Shown here: positions 8,115-18,264 of the stretch, piece by piece | Numbering within the stretch: the first letter of the stretch is position 1 | Layout of the letters: each line of letters starts with the position of its first letter | NCBI GenBank assembly: GCA_038061995.1 | Contig: JBBTYA010000001.1 | Location: 10,441-74,440, forward strand | Length of the DNA: 64,000 bases | DNA from: Patescibacteria group bacterium | GTDB lineage: Bacteria; Patescibacteriota; Minisyncoccia; 2-02-FULL-40-12; GWA2-44-9 | Direction of reading: 5' to 3' | Notes under the pieces: model-generated | Database searches by the model: none | What the model was told of the DNA's origin: nothing | What the model saw: the letters and a program-made list of their open reading frames with translations, nothing else | Made by a program: the position numbers and the translations under genes

Positions 8115-11100
8115 TTAGAGACTTTGAATACCGTAGTCCGCGGAGTAGACGCCTCCTGCGGAGCCAGTCGGGATTTTAGCTTCCACGATAATGCGAATCT
8201 GGCGACCAGCAGTGTTTGCATCCAAGTCACCCGTCATGGTCATGGCGCCAGCGTAGGTGCCTGCCGCCGATACGGTGATAGCCGCACCGCTCGTTGCCGC
8301 ATTTGATGACTCGGCGCTGTAGTAGCGGATATTACTTGCCGCGACGATCGTGTTCGTGCCACTCACGAAATTACTGAATTGCATGGAGACACTCGCCTCA
8401 AGCGTTGGCACGGTTACATCGAAGAACCATTTCCAACCACTCGCATAGGTATCGTTCGCAATAGCGAAGGCACGAGAAGGGTCAGAGCTAATATTCGTCA
8501 CCTCAAGCGCCGCTGCACCTTCTGCTTCAGTGATAATACGAGAGTTGCTGGTTCCGCTCACATTACCCGCCGCATCTGTGGCGGTGACGGTAAATGTATT
8601 CGCTACGTTCTGCGTCAGTGGGGCGATGAACGACCAACTAGTAACACCTGTGGGCAGCGTGAGCGAACCAACCACTACACCGCCACGATAGATCGTGATG
8701 ATGCGTGCGCCATCAGTTGGAAGATCTGCGCCTGCAGTGCCACTCAACGTGTACGATGTCGCGTCTACTGAAGTATCGGCGCCACTAATCATTGGCGTTG
8801 CCGGAGCTGTTGTATCTCCAACAGTTGCTGCTTCGGTGATAGTGACTGTACTCGACGCTGTGCTGGTGTTGCCGACAACGTCCGAAGCCGTGGCAGAGAA
8901 GACGTTTGTCGTCCCCTGCGTCAGCGCAGTAAGGAATGACCACGTAGTCTGTCCTGCTGGTACTACCGTGGAACCAACGAGTGTTGCTCCATTAAGAATG
9001 CGGATCGTGCGAGCACCCCCGTCATCAGTCACCGTTCCCGCAAGGGTGTAGGTGTCTGCATCTACCGTTGCGGCGCCCGTGGTAAACACCGGAACTGCTG
9101 GTGCCGTGGTGTCGGGAGCTGTCGCCGATTCAGTGATCGTGACGGAGCTTGATGCTGCGCTTTCATTGCCGCTTACATCTGTCGACGTTGCAGAGAATGC
9201 ATTCGTCGTACTCTGGAGTAATGGCGATACGAATGACCAGGCAGTCTCACCTGCAGAGAGTGATAAAGATCCTACAACCGTTCCATTGCGACGGATAGTG
9301 ATCACGCGCACGCCGTCACTTGGGAGATCAGCGCCCGATGTACCCGTAATGGTATAGGAATCCGCATCAACGGTAATCGCGCCCGTAGTAATGACCGGAG
9401 TTGCTGGATCTGTCACGTCACCAATAGTAGCTGCTTCAGTAATGGTGATTGTGCTCGATGCACCACTCGTGTTGCCAGCGACATCTGATGCGGTTGCGGA
9501 AAATACATTAGCCGTATTCTGCGTCAACGCTGTGATGAGAGACCAGCTTGTCTGTCCGGCAGGTACAACCGTAGAACCAACGAGAGTCGCTCCGTTGTAG
9601 AGCTGGACAGTTCGTGCACCGCCATCGTTAGTCACTGTGCCCGCAAGGGTGTAGGTGTCTGCGTCAGTTGTTGCTACGCCTGTAGTGAACACTGGGACTG
9701 CTGGAGCGGTAGTATCAGCAACCGCAACTGTCGTAAAGGTGTTGTCGGTTGAGGTTACAGAGTTGGTAAGCGCGTCTGCTGATGTCACGCGGAAGTGATA
9801 TTCCGTTCCTGATGCCAAGCCAGAGATGGCAACCGAGTGGCTCGTTGCATTTGCGGTTATATCTACCGCGCTGGAAGAACCATAACTAGATGTGGTGCCA
9901 TACTCCACGTTTGATGTAGCGTTTTCATCGGTCGTCCACGTAATCGTGACGCCCGTGGTTGTGATGCTCGTCGCCTGGACGTTACTAATCACTGGAGCAT
10001 CGACATCAGTGCTGGCATTGTTCGTAATAACCACCGCGGCACTTGCGGCACTTGAATTACCAGAGGCATCGGTCGATGTTGCTGTGATGCTGTTGCCCGT
10101 ATCAAGCGAGAGGCCAACTACTACTGACCAACTTGTTTGACCAATAGGAAGCGTTACCTGGCCTGCGAGCGTTGCACCGTTGTAGACGCGAATCACGCGT
10201 TCAGAATCAGAAGGTGTATCCGCTGCCGCTGTTCCTAAAATCGTATATGTGCTTGCGGTTGTTGTCGCCACACCAGTGGTAATCGCTGGCACTGGAGGAG
10301 CAACGATATCGCTGGAATCAGCAACCGTAGTGAACTCGTACGAAGCCTTCGTAGTTGCGTCGAGCGCCGTTGCAAGCGCATTGCCAACGATGTCTTGCAC
10401 TCCCGTAGAAACTGCGACGTAGTACTGTGTTGCAAAACTCAAGTTGCTCGTTGGCATAATGTGAGCAACCTTATTGCCTTCAATCAGGGAGATAGAAGCT
10501 GGGATCACAGAGTCGTCGCTGTATTTGCGAAGCTCAATGGTTGTTGAGCTAATGGTTGATTCCATCATCTCTTCGTTGAACGTTACGGCGATGGAAGTGC
10601 TAATACCAACATTGGTTGCATTATCGGCAGGAGAGATGCTCACCACTGTTGGAGCAGTAACATCTGCTGAAGATGCTTCGGTGGTGAATTCCTGACTTAC
10701 TGCGGTGGTATATGCGGTGACATCATTTCCTGCCGCATCTTTGGCACCAGAGACCCAGATATAGTAGTTCGTGCTGTAATCCAATGCGGAGCTTGGGTTC
10801 AAGGTTGCAACAAGGCGGCTATCGCTCAACGTTACCACTACACCGGTCACATCAACATCACCCGCAACCAGCTTCAACTTCACAGTGTTGGAGTTTACCG
10901 TTGATGGATCCATGACTTCCGAAAATGTCACCGTTGGAGAGACTGCTACCGAAACGCCTGTTGCGTTATCTGCTGGTGTCTGCCCTGTTACTGTCGGCAC
11001 CGTGGTGTCTGGCTGAAGCGTGGTGAAGACAATTGCTTCCCATTGGCCAGTATTTCCACCTGCGTCCTGACAGCGCACATAGTAGGTATGCTGTGCCCCC

Positions 11101-14100
11101 GCGAGAAGACCCGAAAGTGCGTGCGAGTGACTTGTACCGCCCGTTGTGCCCATAGCAAGCATGGCACTATATACCGTGTTCACATTTGAATAACGGCACG
11201 TTGCAGTCTCATCCGTCGTTGCGGTGAGTGTTGCCGCTGTCGTGGTCACACCCGTTGCGCTTGCCGCGGTAATCACTGGGCCGGCGTTATCGATAGAACG
11301 CGTGTTGTTCGTTGCAGTTGCGTTCGCGTTACCCGCGAGGTCGGTCGCGGTAATCGTAACAGTTGCTGTGCCTTCCTCATCTTGTGCACCAGGAGTCTGC
11401 CAGTTGTAGGTCCACACCGTGTTTGAGGTCTTCGTCATGTTTACGGTTGCCGTGTCACCATCACCAGCAGTCGTAATTGTAATAGTTGGCTTACCAACCA
11501 AAGGTTCGTGGATTGCTTCGCTGAAGGTTGCAGTAATCACCACACCCTCAAACCAGCCGTAGGCTGCTTTATTTGGTGAATAGGTCAGAGCAACAGTTGG
11601 AGCAACAACATCGCCCGTGTTTGCTGTAGTACCCACTACTTCAGCACTTGAAAGGTAGTTGAGCGCGGCGTCGCGGATTTTACTTGCCGCTGGCGTTACG
11701 GCGATCACGTCTCCATTGCGAAGGTAGGTTGCAGTATCAGTGGCGCTTTCAGCAAGCGTAATAGTGAGCGCGCTTCCCGAATACGAGAAGTTCGCACCCG
11801 TAAGGTTAAGTGCTGTGCCATCTGGGCTTTCGATTGCCGAAAATTCATTTGTAGACCACGTACCGTCATGTGCAATCACCGGTTCGCTAAAGGTGATCAC
11901 AATAGTATCGTTCGCGCCCTGAATAGTTGCACCGACGATATTCCCAGCTGGGAGTGTTGGGATCACCGTATCCTTCAAGGCCGTGTCCGTACCTGCGGCG
12001 CTCGTGTTGCCAGCCGCATCTGTTTGCGTGATGCTCAAGGTGAGATCGAGATCATCATCAAGCGAAGAAACGTTAATGCCAGAGATAGAGATAGCACCAA
12101 GTCCATCAACAGTTCCTACGCCCGTTACTGCCGGCGTCAACGCGTTATCGTCATTAATAGACCATGCGAGTGAGGCATTCGCTTCGCCAGTGCCCGTGAT
12201 AGTCACCGCCGTTACGTTGCCAGCATTGATTGGGTCGAGGAGTGTTGGGATTGGAGCCGCTGGCGTGTTCGCGTCCACTGCAACCGTGTTTGCGGTCACG
12301 GTGGTATACGCCACATTCACGTTCCCTGCCGCATCCACGAGCGCAACGCTCGCGGGCACCGTTCCTGAAGCGCGGTCAGTGTTGCCCTCTACAATTGTGT
12401 AGGTTGCTGTGTACGTACCAGCGCCTGCATCGTTATACGCAGTCACCGCAACACCGTTCACCGTTACTGCGCTTGCCGTATATCCCGCCGCATCTGCGGT
12501 GATTGTGATGGTAACAGCATCGCCAACGCCATGGAGGCCGTTTGGAGACAGTACAATCGCACTCACCACTGGCTCTGTGGTATCCACTATAATTGCTGCG
12601 TTTGCCGCAAGGTTGGAACCGGGCACAAAGCTTGCCATCGCATTACTGGCAAGATCTGCTGCGGTGCCCGTGATGCCGGTGGTCGTAAGGTCTGCACTGT
12701 TCTCGCCATCAGCGATCGTGTAGTTGCATGAGCCACTCGTTGCGCTCGTGACTGCAAAAGAACACGAGCCGGTCGTGTCGAGGGTCACAATGAAGTTTAC
12801 TGAAGACGTGATCGCCTCTGAGAAGTTAACCGTGATGTTAATGACATCTGGGTTGTTATATGAGCCATTCGACGTTGTTGACGTCACCGATGTGATAACA
12901 GGATCGACATTATCTGTCGGCGTTATTGTCTGCCCGAGAGGCGAAATATTCCCCACCGAATCCTGCACACCATTCCCAAGGGCACTCATCGTAATCAACA
13001 GTGTATCACCAGTGCCAAATGCAGAGGTCGTGAGCGTAATCACCCCAGCAAGTTCTGAAGTTCCAGAAACGGTTACGCCAGCAACGGTAAAGTCAGAAGC
13101 GGCATCCGTTGTTCCGTTGAGATCCTCGCTGAACGTGACGTTGACAGTTGTCGTTGACGTGGTTTCCGCAGAGATCATCACCGGGCTAGCGCCATCAGTC
13201 TCCGCTTCATCGCCATTAGCAACCGATGCGAGAAGGTTGCCTGCAAGGTCAGCACCGCTTCCTGCCGTATACGTCACCTGCTTTACGTCCGTACCTACAA
13301 TTTCCGGAGCAATCGTAACGTCAAATGTGTTGTCATCTGCCGTTCCTGTGGTAATCCCCGTTGCCGCCGAGCCGCCGATCGTGAAATTGCCAGCAGAGAA
13401 CGTTGAGCCATCAACGGCCGCATCAAATACGATCGTTGCTGTGTCTACCGAACCATTTCCGTTTGCATCTTTTGTAGTAATGCTGGAAATCGTCGGGATC
13501 GTTTCGTCATAAGTAACTGAAGAGCTGTTCGTTGTTGCAGTAACAGCTGCTGCAGCCGCATTTCCGTTCACGTCAGAGAATGTAACCGAGAAAGGCACTA
13601 CGCCTTCCGCTTCTGTGCCAGCAAACGTGTAGGTAGCTGTCCAGTTCGTTGGGCCACCGGCTACAAGCGCGGGATTGCCAGCGATGGTGACCGTCGGCGC
13701 ACCAATACTCTCACTAGAGGTAAATGTAAGCGTGGCTACCGAACCAGTCTGCGCAAACGCCGTATTTACATGGTTTGAGGCGATAGAAACGCTGGTAAGC
13801 GTTGGACGGGTTCCGTCAATCGTAACCGTAACATCGGAACCACTCTGTGCGGCACTTACATTACGCGCATCCGCATGATCCCCCATAGTCACACCAGAAA
13901 TTTGAAGTGCGGAACTTTGGTCAGCACTTCCCGAAGCGACGGTATATGTTGCCGTATATGTAACACCGGAATCTAGCGTAACCCACGGTGTAAGAGCTGT
14001 TCCGTTGTATGAACCAGTAACAAGAGCGGCAGGTTCCGTCGTCGTTGCCGAAGCAGTAAAGGTAATCGAATCGCCAATCTGTAAAACGCCAGCCGGTGCT

Positions 14101-14561
14101 CCATCCGTTACAGATGAGGTGATGGTGTTCAATACTGGAGCTGTGTTGTCGATCTCAAAAGCTCCAGAGAAGCCGATAGGAGCTGCCTGCCCTGCGCGCC
14201 GCATAATGATTGAATACCCCGTATCATCCGTTGTCGGCCCCGCAAGTGTAGTTGCGGTGTTCCAACTATACACACCATCATTTGTCTCACTAAGAGCGAT
14301 AGTGGTCTCATTGTTTAAAGAGTCTCGCAGAAAAATATCAACGGTTTCCGGATCTGCCAAGGGGAGTGTCGTCCACGTGATATTGTGTGTACCACTCCAA
14401 ATTTCACCACCAGCTGGCGAGCCAACCGTAATGCCAGCAATCACCGCTTGCGCTGGAGCCAAAGGTACAAAAAAGCCGCCAAGGAGCATGAGGGCGGCGA
14501 GAACAGCAGCGCTGCGCGATCGCAACGTGCGAGGGGTAGTGACATTCGTGCGTGACAACAT
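8115..14561 (-). CDS. Giant (~2150 aa) secreted Ig-like/Fn3 repeat surface protein
   Basis: Signal peptide (AQA), many D.TAP...DxAGN Ig-like repeats, Big_5-type and Fn3-type domains, very Thr/Ser/Ala rich; start uncertain (ATG 14561 or TTG 14576). Confidence 0.9.
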   Translation of the reverse strand: MLSRTNVTTPRTLRSRSAAVLAALMLLGGFFVPLAPAQAVIAGITVGSPAGGEIWSGTHNITWTTLPLADPETVDIFLRDSLNNETTIALSETNDGVYSWNTATTLAGPTTDDTGYSIIMRRAGQAAPIGFSGAFEIDNTAPVLNTITSSVTDGAPAGVLQIGDSITFTASATTTEPAALVTGSYNGTALTPWVTLDSGVTYTATYTVASGSADQSSALQISGVTMGDHADARNVSAAQSGSDVTVTIDGTRPTLTSVSIASNHVNTAFAQTGSVATLTFTSSESIGAPTVTIAGNPALVAGGPTNWTATYTFAGTEAEGVVPFSVTFSDVNGNAAAAAVTATTNSSSVTYDETIPTISSITTKDANGNGSVDTATIVFDAAVDGSTFSAGNFTIGGSAATGITTGTADDNTFDVTIAPEIVGTDVKQVTYTAGSGADLAGNLLASVANGDEAETDGASPVMISAETTSTTTVNVTFSEDLNGTTDAASDFTVAGVTVSGTSELAGVITLTTSAFGTGDTLLITMSALGNGVQDSVGNISPLGQTITPTDNVDPVITSVTSTTSNGSYNNPDVINITVNFSEAITSSVNFIVTLDTTGSCSFAVTSATSGSCNYTIADGENSADLTTTGITGTAADLASNAMASFVPGSNLAANAAIIVDTTEPVVSAIVLSPNGLHGVGDAVTITITADAAGYTASAVTVNGVAVTAYNDAGAGTYTATYTIVEGNTDRASGTVPASVALVDAAGNVNVAYTTVTANTVAVDANTPAAPIPTLLDPINAGNVTAVTITGTGEANASLAWSINDDNALTPAVTGVGTVDGLGAISISGINVSSLDDDLDLTLSITQTDAAGNTSAAGTDTALKDTVIPTLPAGNIVGATIQGANDTIVITFSEPVIAHDGTWSTNEFSAIESPDGTALNLTGANFSYSGSALTITLAESATDTATYLRNGDVIAVTPAASKIRDAALNYLSSAEVVGTTANTGDVVAPTVALTYSPNKAAYGWFEGVVITATFSEAIHEPLVGKPTITITTAGDGDTATVNMTKTSNTVWTYNWQTPGAQDEEGTATVTITATDLAGNANATATNNTRSIDNAGPVITAASATGVTTTAATLTATTDETATCRYSNVNTVYSAMLAMGTTGGTSHSHALSGLLAGAQHTYYVRCQDAGGNTGQWEAIVFTTLQPDTTVPTVTGQTPADNATGVSVAVSPTVTFSEVMDPSTVNSNTVKLKLVAGDVDVTGVVVTLSDSRLVATLNPSSALDYSTNYYIWVSGAKDAAGNDVTAYTTAVSQEFTTEASSADVTAPTVVSISPADNATNVGISTSIAVTFNEEMMESTISSTTIELRKYSDDSVIPASISLIEGNKVAHIMPTSNLSFATQYYVAVSTGVQDIVGNALATALDATTKASYEFTTVADSSDIVAPPVPAITTGVATTTASTYTILGTAAADTPSDSERVIRVYNGATLAGQVTLPIGQTSWSVVVGLSLDTGNSITATSTDASGNSSAASAAVVITNNASTDVDAPVISNVQATSITTTGVTITWTTDENATSNVEYGTTSSYGSSSAVDITANATSHSVAISGLASGTEYHFRVTSADALTNSVTSTDNTFTTVAVADTTAPAVPVFTTGVATTDADTYTLAGTVTNDGGARTVQLYNGATLVGSTVVPAGQTSWSLITALTQNTANVFSATASDVAGNTSGASSTITITEAATIGDVTDPATPVITTGAITVDADSYTITGTSGADLPSDGVRVITIRRNGTVVGSLSLSAGETAWSFVSPLLQSTTNAFSATSTDVSGNESAASSSVTITESATAPDTTAPAVPVFTTGAATVDADTYTLAGTVTDDGGARTIRILNGATLVGSTVVPAGQTTWSFLTALTQGTTNVFSATASDVVGNTSTASSTVTITEAATVGDTTAPATPMISGADTSVDATSYTLSGTAGADLPTDGARIITIYRGGVVVGSLTLPTGVTSWSFIAPLTQNVANTFTVTATDAAGNVSGTSNSRIITEAEGAAALEVTNISSDPSRAFAIANDTYASGWKWFFDVTVPTLEASVSMQFSNFVSGTNTIVAASNIRYYSAESSNAATSGAAITVSAAGTYAGAMTMTGDLDANTAGRQIRIIVEAKIPTGSAGGVYSADYGIQSL

Positions 14562-14651
14562 AAGTTCCGAATACAAACCCGTGCGATAAACGATGCGTGC
14601 AACGGAATAGCATGCACCGCCACCTCAAAGGCGTTCATTAGTATTCCATCC

Positions 14652-14680
14652 TGTCTACTCTTTTATGTTTTCACTGTCAA
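14652..14680 (-). promoter_or_regulatory. Candidate promoter of the surface-protein operon
   Basis: TTGACA-17 nt-TAGACA on the minus strand. Confidence 0.45.
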
Positions 14681-14745
14681 TGAATAGCGCGAAAGCCCAG
14701 CAAAAAAGGAAAACCGGGCCTCTCTGGACCCGGTTGTCAGCCTCA

Positions 14746-14949
14746 CTATGAGGCAGGTTGCGCCGCCGCGAATTCGGCGGCATGCGCCCACAGCACTCCG
14801 CAGAAGGGGCACGCGCGAGCGTCGCCCTGCAGGCAATTCTCGCACTTGCTCCCGCTACACCGCGAACAGGAATACAGAAGGACTCCATCTTCCCCGCAGT
14901 GTGTACAGTTGCCCGCGTGCGTATGGGCGACTACCTTCTCGCTGGCCAT
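14746..14949 (-). CDS. Small 8-Cys zinc-finger (RING-like) protein
   Basis: Four CxxC pairs (CTHC, CSRC, CENC, CPFC); strong RBS GAGGAGGTGA; hairpin plus T-tract at about 14702-14735. Confidence 0.7.
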   Translation of the reverse strand: MASEKVVAHTHAGNCTHCGEDGVLLYSCSRCSGSKCENCLQGDARACPFCGVLWAHAAEFAAAQPAS

Positions 14950-15002
14950 CAGATCACCTCCTCTTCATGTATCTCGATTGGCCCTATCACTATACCACAA
15001 AA

Positions 15003-15857
15003 CTAAGAATTCGTGAAGATTCTCGTTTTGCGCTCTACGATCTCCTCTACCGCCGCGGCGGCATCAGCAAGATATTTATACGGCGTTGTTTCGTCTGGGT
15101 TCTCCGCGAGTTCTTCTTTCAGTTCTTTCTGATATGCAACCCGCAGTTCAGTATTAAAATGTACGTTCGAAACGCCCGCCGCTATCGCCGCTTTTATCTG
15201 CTCGTCAGGCAGTCCAGAAGCTCCATGGAGCACGTAAAACGGTTGTGGTGCAGCGGCAATAATGCGGGAAAAATGCTCAATATCAAGTTTTTCTTCTTGT
15301 TTGGTTACAATCCCGTGGATATTCCCAAACACTACAGCTAGGCGATCTACACCCGTTTTCGCTATAAAATCGGCCGCTTGCGCAGGTTGTGTATAGTCTT
15401 CTGCGCTAATAGAAATCTCCTCCTGTACCTGTGAAGCACCCTTAAGATAGCCGAGTTCCCCTTCTACGGTCACGGGACGCCCACACGCACGCGCATGCGC
15501 CACGACTGCCTGCACCGCCGCAACGTTCTCTTCATAGGAAAGGCGCGAGGTATCAATGATCACTGAATCATAGCCTGCATCAATAGCCATAGTGCACCGC
15601 TCTACGCTCTTGAAGTGATCGGCGTTTAAAAAGATGGGGAATGAAAGCTCTTTCTCCAGTGCGCGCACCAGCGCAACTGCTTCGGTAATGCCAATAAAAT
15701 CAGCTTCCTTTTCTGATGTTCCTACCATCACGCACGAAGCGCCCGCTCTGCGCGCACCCACAACAATAGCGCGCAACACATCTGCGGTCGCAAAGTTAAA
15801 ATGGCCGATGGCCTGCTGGCGCCCTCGCGCCTCGCGCATGTAGTCGTTGAGATGCAT
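15003..15857 (-). CDS. fba: Class II fructose-bisphosphate aldolase
   Basis: IGHFNF, NADH, VEGELG, GNIHG, LHGASG, NTELR motifs. Confidence 0.93.
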   Translation of the reverse strand: MHLNDYMREARGRQQAIGHFNFATADVLRAIVVGARRAGASCVMVGTSEKEADFIGITEAVALVRALEKELSFPIFLNADHFKSVERCTMAIDAGYDSVIIDTSRLSYEENVAAVQAVVAHARACGRPVTVEGELGYLKGASQVQEEISISAEDYTQPAQAADFIAKTGVDRLAVVFGNIHGIVTKQEEKLDIEHFSRIIAAAPQPFYVLHGASGLPDEQIKAAIAAGVSNVHFNTELRVAYQKELKEELAENPDETTPYKYLADAAAAVEEIVERKTRIFTNS

Positions 15858-15859
15858 GC

Positions 15860-17122
15860 CTATACTTCTACAGAACCTTTAATAATATTCTCCGTAAAGA
15901 GCTCATTCATTTTCTCGCGGCCGATATATTCACTAAAGAAACGGTTCCACAACGCCTCCTGATGATGATACGAATAGCGCATCATGCCTTTCACCACCGA
16001 AGACATCACTAAATCGATGAGGTTAAAACTTACAAACTTTTCATTCCCCGCAGAATCTTTAAAGAAATCCCCCACGGCATCGAGACCAGTCCAGTATCCG
16101 AGATCAAACGCTTCCTTTCCAAGCGCTCGCCCAACCTGGCCCAAGTCCTCACCTACTTTATACCAATGCTCTGCTTCTGGGTTAATGTGTGGTTCGCCCA
16201 AGCGCGGATCTGCTTCGGAATCTTTCGCGAGATACCGCTGGATGACACGCCACACCGCCTTTTTACCTTCGCTCGGCGCTGGGAGCGGCCCTTCAGACAC
16301 ATCACCGCGGAGCAGTGACTGTAGTTTTGTAACGAAATCAGCGTCTTTCATGTAGGTACGAAAACGCTCGGTGTAAAACGGCACTTCGTGCAGATAGTGC
16401 ATGAGAAGCGTAAACAAACGCAGTGTTTCACCCTGCGTATCAATCTTGAGCGGGATCACGAAAATCACGCCATACTCCTTTAAGTGGCTTACGTTGTGGT
16501 ACTTCTTCTCTAAAAATTTATCTGCGACGCCAAGCCATTTCGGGTCTAAGATTTTTACTTCAACTTCACGCTCTTCAAAATCTTCTGGTTTTAGCTCACT
16601 GTAGGCCAGGTCAAAAAACGCGTGCATCCAGCCGGTATCCTGCGTGAAGCGAAGTGCGCTCACCACAGACGCGAACCCCTCCTTTTCAACAAGAGTCGCA
16701 ATGTCACTATAGCCAAAGTGTTTGATAAGGTTCTCTGGCTTATATTTTTCCAACAGAGACACCACGCGCTCGCGCTTGATAAACATGCCGCGGGGCGGTG
16801 TGTACACCTTTAGTGCTACTTCACACAGCTTGCCACACACCAGAGACATCTCCGCAAGGTTTGGCTTGTCCAAAAGCTCGTAAAGCTGGGAATCAAGCTG
16901 AGCAAGACGCTTAATCAACGCTCCGTAGACCGTATCTGCCGCATCCGTGCGTGACAGGCCATGCTCTGCAAGAATGCGATCTACGAGTGTTTGGTTCTGT
17001 GAAAGGATCGCATCGATTGCGCCCGTCTTTCCTGTTGCCGCACTTAATTCCGCATCTGCTTTTTCGATAACCGCCGGTGTCGTGTGTAGCAAGCGTGCAA
17101 GTTGTGTGTGAGATTCTGCCAT
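15860..17122 (-). CDS. Hypothetical protein (conserved-looking, cytoplasmic)
   Basis: ~420-aa ORF abutting fba; motifs HNVSHLKE, HYLHE, HINPEAEHW; function not recognised. Confidence 0.85.
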   Translation of the reverse strand: MAESHTQLARLLHTTPAVIEKADAELSAATGKTGAIDAILSQNQTLVDRILAEHGLSRTDAADTVYGALIKRLAQLDSQLYELLDKPNLAEMSLVCGKLCEVALKVYTPPRGMFIKRERVVSLLEKYKPENLIKHFGYSDIATLVEKEGFASVVSALRFTQDTGWMHAFFDLAYSELKPEDFEEREVEVKILDPKWLGVADKFLEKKYHNVSHLKEYGVIFVIPLKIDTQGETLRLFTLLMHYLHEVPFYTERFRTYMKDADFVTKLQSLLRGDVSEGPLPAPSEGKKAVWRVIQRYLAKDSEADPRLGEPHINPEAEHWYKVGEDLGQVGRALGKEAFDLGYWTGLDAVGDFFKDSAGNEKFVSFNLIDLVMSSVVKGMMRYSYHHQEALWNRFFSEYIGREKMNELFTENIIKGSVEV

Positions 17123-17229
17123 ATGCCCATTCTCGCTGAAACAGCTTAAAGTACAAGGCCCGTGTGTGGGTATATCAAACAATCCACACGCACTATTGCC
17201 CGATACGTAAGACTTTGATACCACGCCTC

Positions 17230-17567
17230 CTTAAGTAGCGATGAAGCGCTCGGCACCGCTCGAATGCGTAGGCGGACCGAGTACGGCAGTCCCGCAGCAA
17301 AGGTCCTGCACGGTGAGAGATCACCTGTAGGGCACGGAGGAACACAGTTATGTTCCGGCACGGCGAAGCGCGCGAGATGAAGTTCGAAGACGTGCGGCAC
17401 TTCGTGGACAAGGCGAAGGTCCAGAAGGGCTAGCACCGCGGCTGAAGACGAAAAGATGTGGGGGCCACAAGCCCCCACATCCCCCTCCACTACCGTTCTT
17501 TACAGAATCACAGCGCGCCACACGGCGCACAACAAGGGGCCTCGCGGAAACGCTCGAGGCCTTTTTC
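17230..17567 (+). ncRNA. Hairpin-rich transcription unit 1 (contains a small ORF)
   Basis: Weak promoter candidate TTGCCC-17-TACCAC (17196-17224), several hairpins, terminator 17538-17566; 5' end approximate. Confidence 0.5.
17350..17433 (+). CDS. 27-aa small protein MFRHGEAREMKFEDVRHFVDKAKVQKG
   Basis: GGAGG RBS at 17336-17340; 25 of 27 codons end in G/C. Confidence 0.6.
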   Translation: MFRHGEAREMKFEDVRHFVDKAKVQKG

Positions 17568-17618
17568 ATACCTAAAACTGCCTATTTTCCTTGCTTTTTT
17601 CGGCTATATTCGTGGTTG

Positions 17619-17648
17619 TTGACATATATAGTGGAAATGTGATAGTAT
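17619..17648 (+). promoter_or_regulatory. Sigma70 promoter of unit 2
   Basis: TTGACA at 17619 and extended -10 TG-a-TAGTAT at 17640-17648. Confidence 0.65.
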
Positions 17649-17654
17649 ATATAC

Positions 17655-18209
17655 AGTTCCGTAAAAACCAATAGCGCGGGCCGGGCCACATTGGCCGCCC
17701 GCACACAAGAAAAACCCGTTGCGCAAAATCGCCCCGCTCGGCCGACCCCCTCGATGGGCTCGCGCGCCGACAAGGCACACGCGCAGCATGTCCGCTTGTA
17801 AGAGCGCTGGAAACGCCTTACGAGCAAGGAGAAGCGCTATGCACGCTCACTCCCCGCCCGTCGCGGGAACCCTGGAGAAGAAATTCAAGTTCGACTTCGA
17901 CAAGGGCCTGGCCGGCGACAACGGCACCCTCCTGAAGTAGGGCGTCGGCGCCTCCGCTCGTAACCCCCCACTCCGCCATCGTTCCACGACGGGACGAAAG
18001 AGAGATCGGGGGGAACCGGCAACCACAGTCGGCGTAGAGCGTTTCCGAAGGCATTTCTGAAGGTGCCCAAGGAGAAGCCTACGCAGAGAAAGGACTAAGA
18101 ACCGCCACCCACCGCAGCCCTGGCACGGCAGGCACCGCCCCCACACGGGGAGCGCGCCCAAGAGTGGGTTGACCAACAAGGGGCTCCGACACATCGGAGC
18201 CCCTCTTTT
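17655..18209 (+). ncRNA. Hairpin-rich transcription unit 2 (contains a small ORF)
   Basis: ~550 nt between a promoter and the terminator aggggctccg-acacat-cggagcccct-ctttt; many GC-rich hairpins separated by A/C-rich linkers. Confidence 0.55.
17839..17940 (+). CDS. 33-aa small protein MHAHSPPVAGTLEKKFKFDFDKGLAGDNGTLLK
   Basis: AAGGAG RBS at 17826-17831; 30 of 33 codons end in G/C. Confidence 0.6.
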   Translation: MHAHSPPVAGTLEKKFKFDFDKGLAGDNGTLLK

Positions 18210-18229
18210 ATTACTCCAAAACGCGGGAA

Positions 18230-18258
18230 TTGACAGTTGTTATAAAAGACAGTATACT
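18230..18258 (+). promoter_or_regulatory. Sigma70 promoter of unit 3
   Basis: TTGACA-17 nt-TATACT, near consensus. Confidence 0.75.
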
Positions 18259-18264
18259 CTTTTT

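Noticed and set aside
8124-14589. Many + strand ORFs opposite the giant protein, and similar ones opposite rpsB, typA and groL
   Set aside because: Antisense shadows of real genes, with no motifs or RBS.
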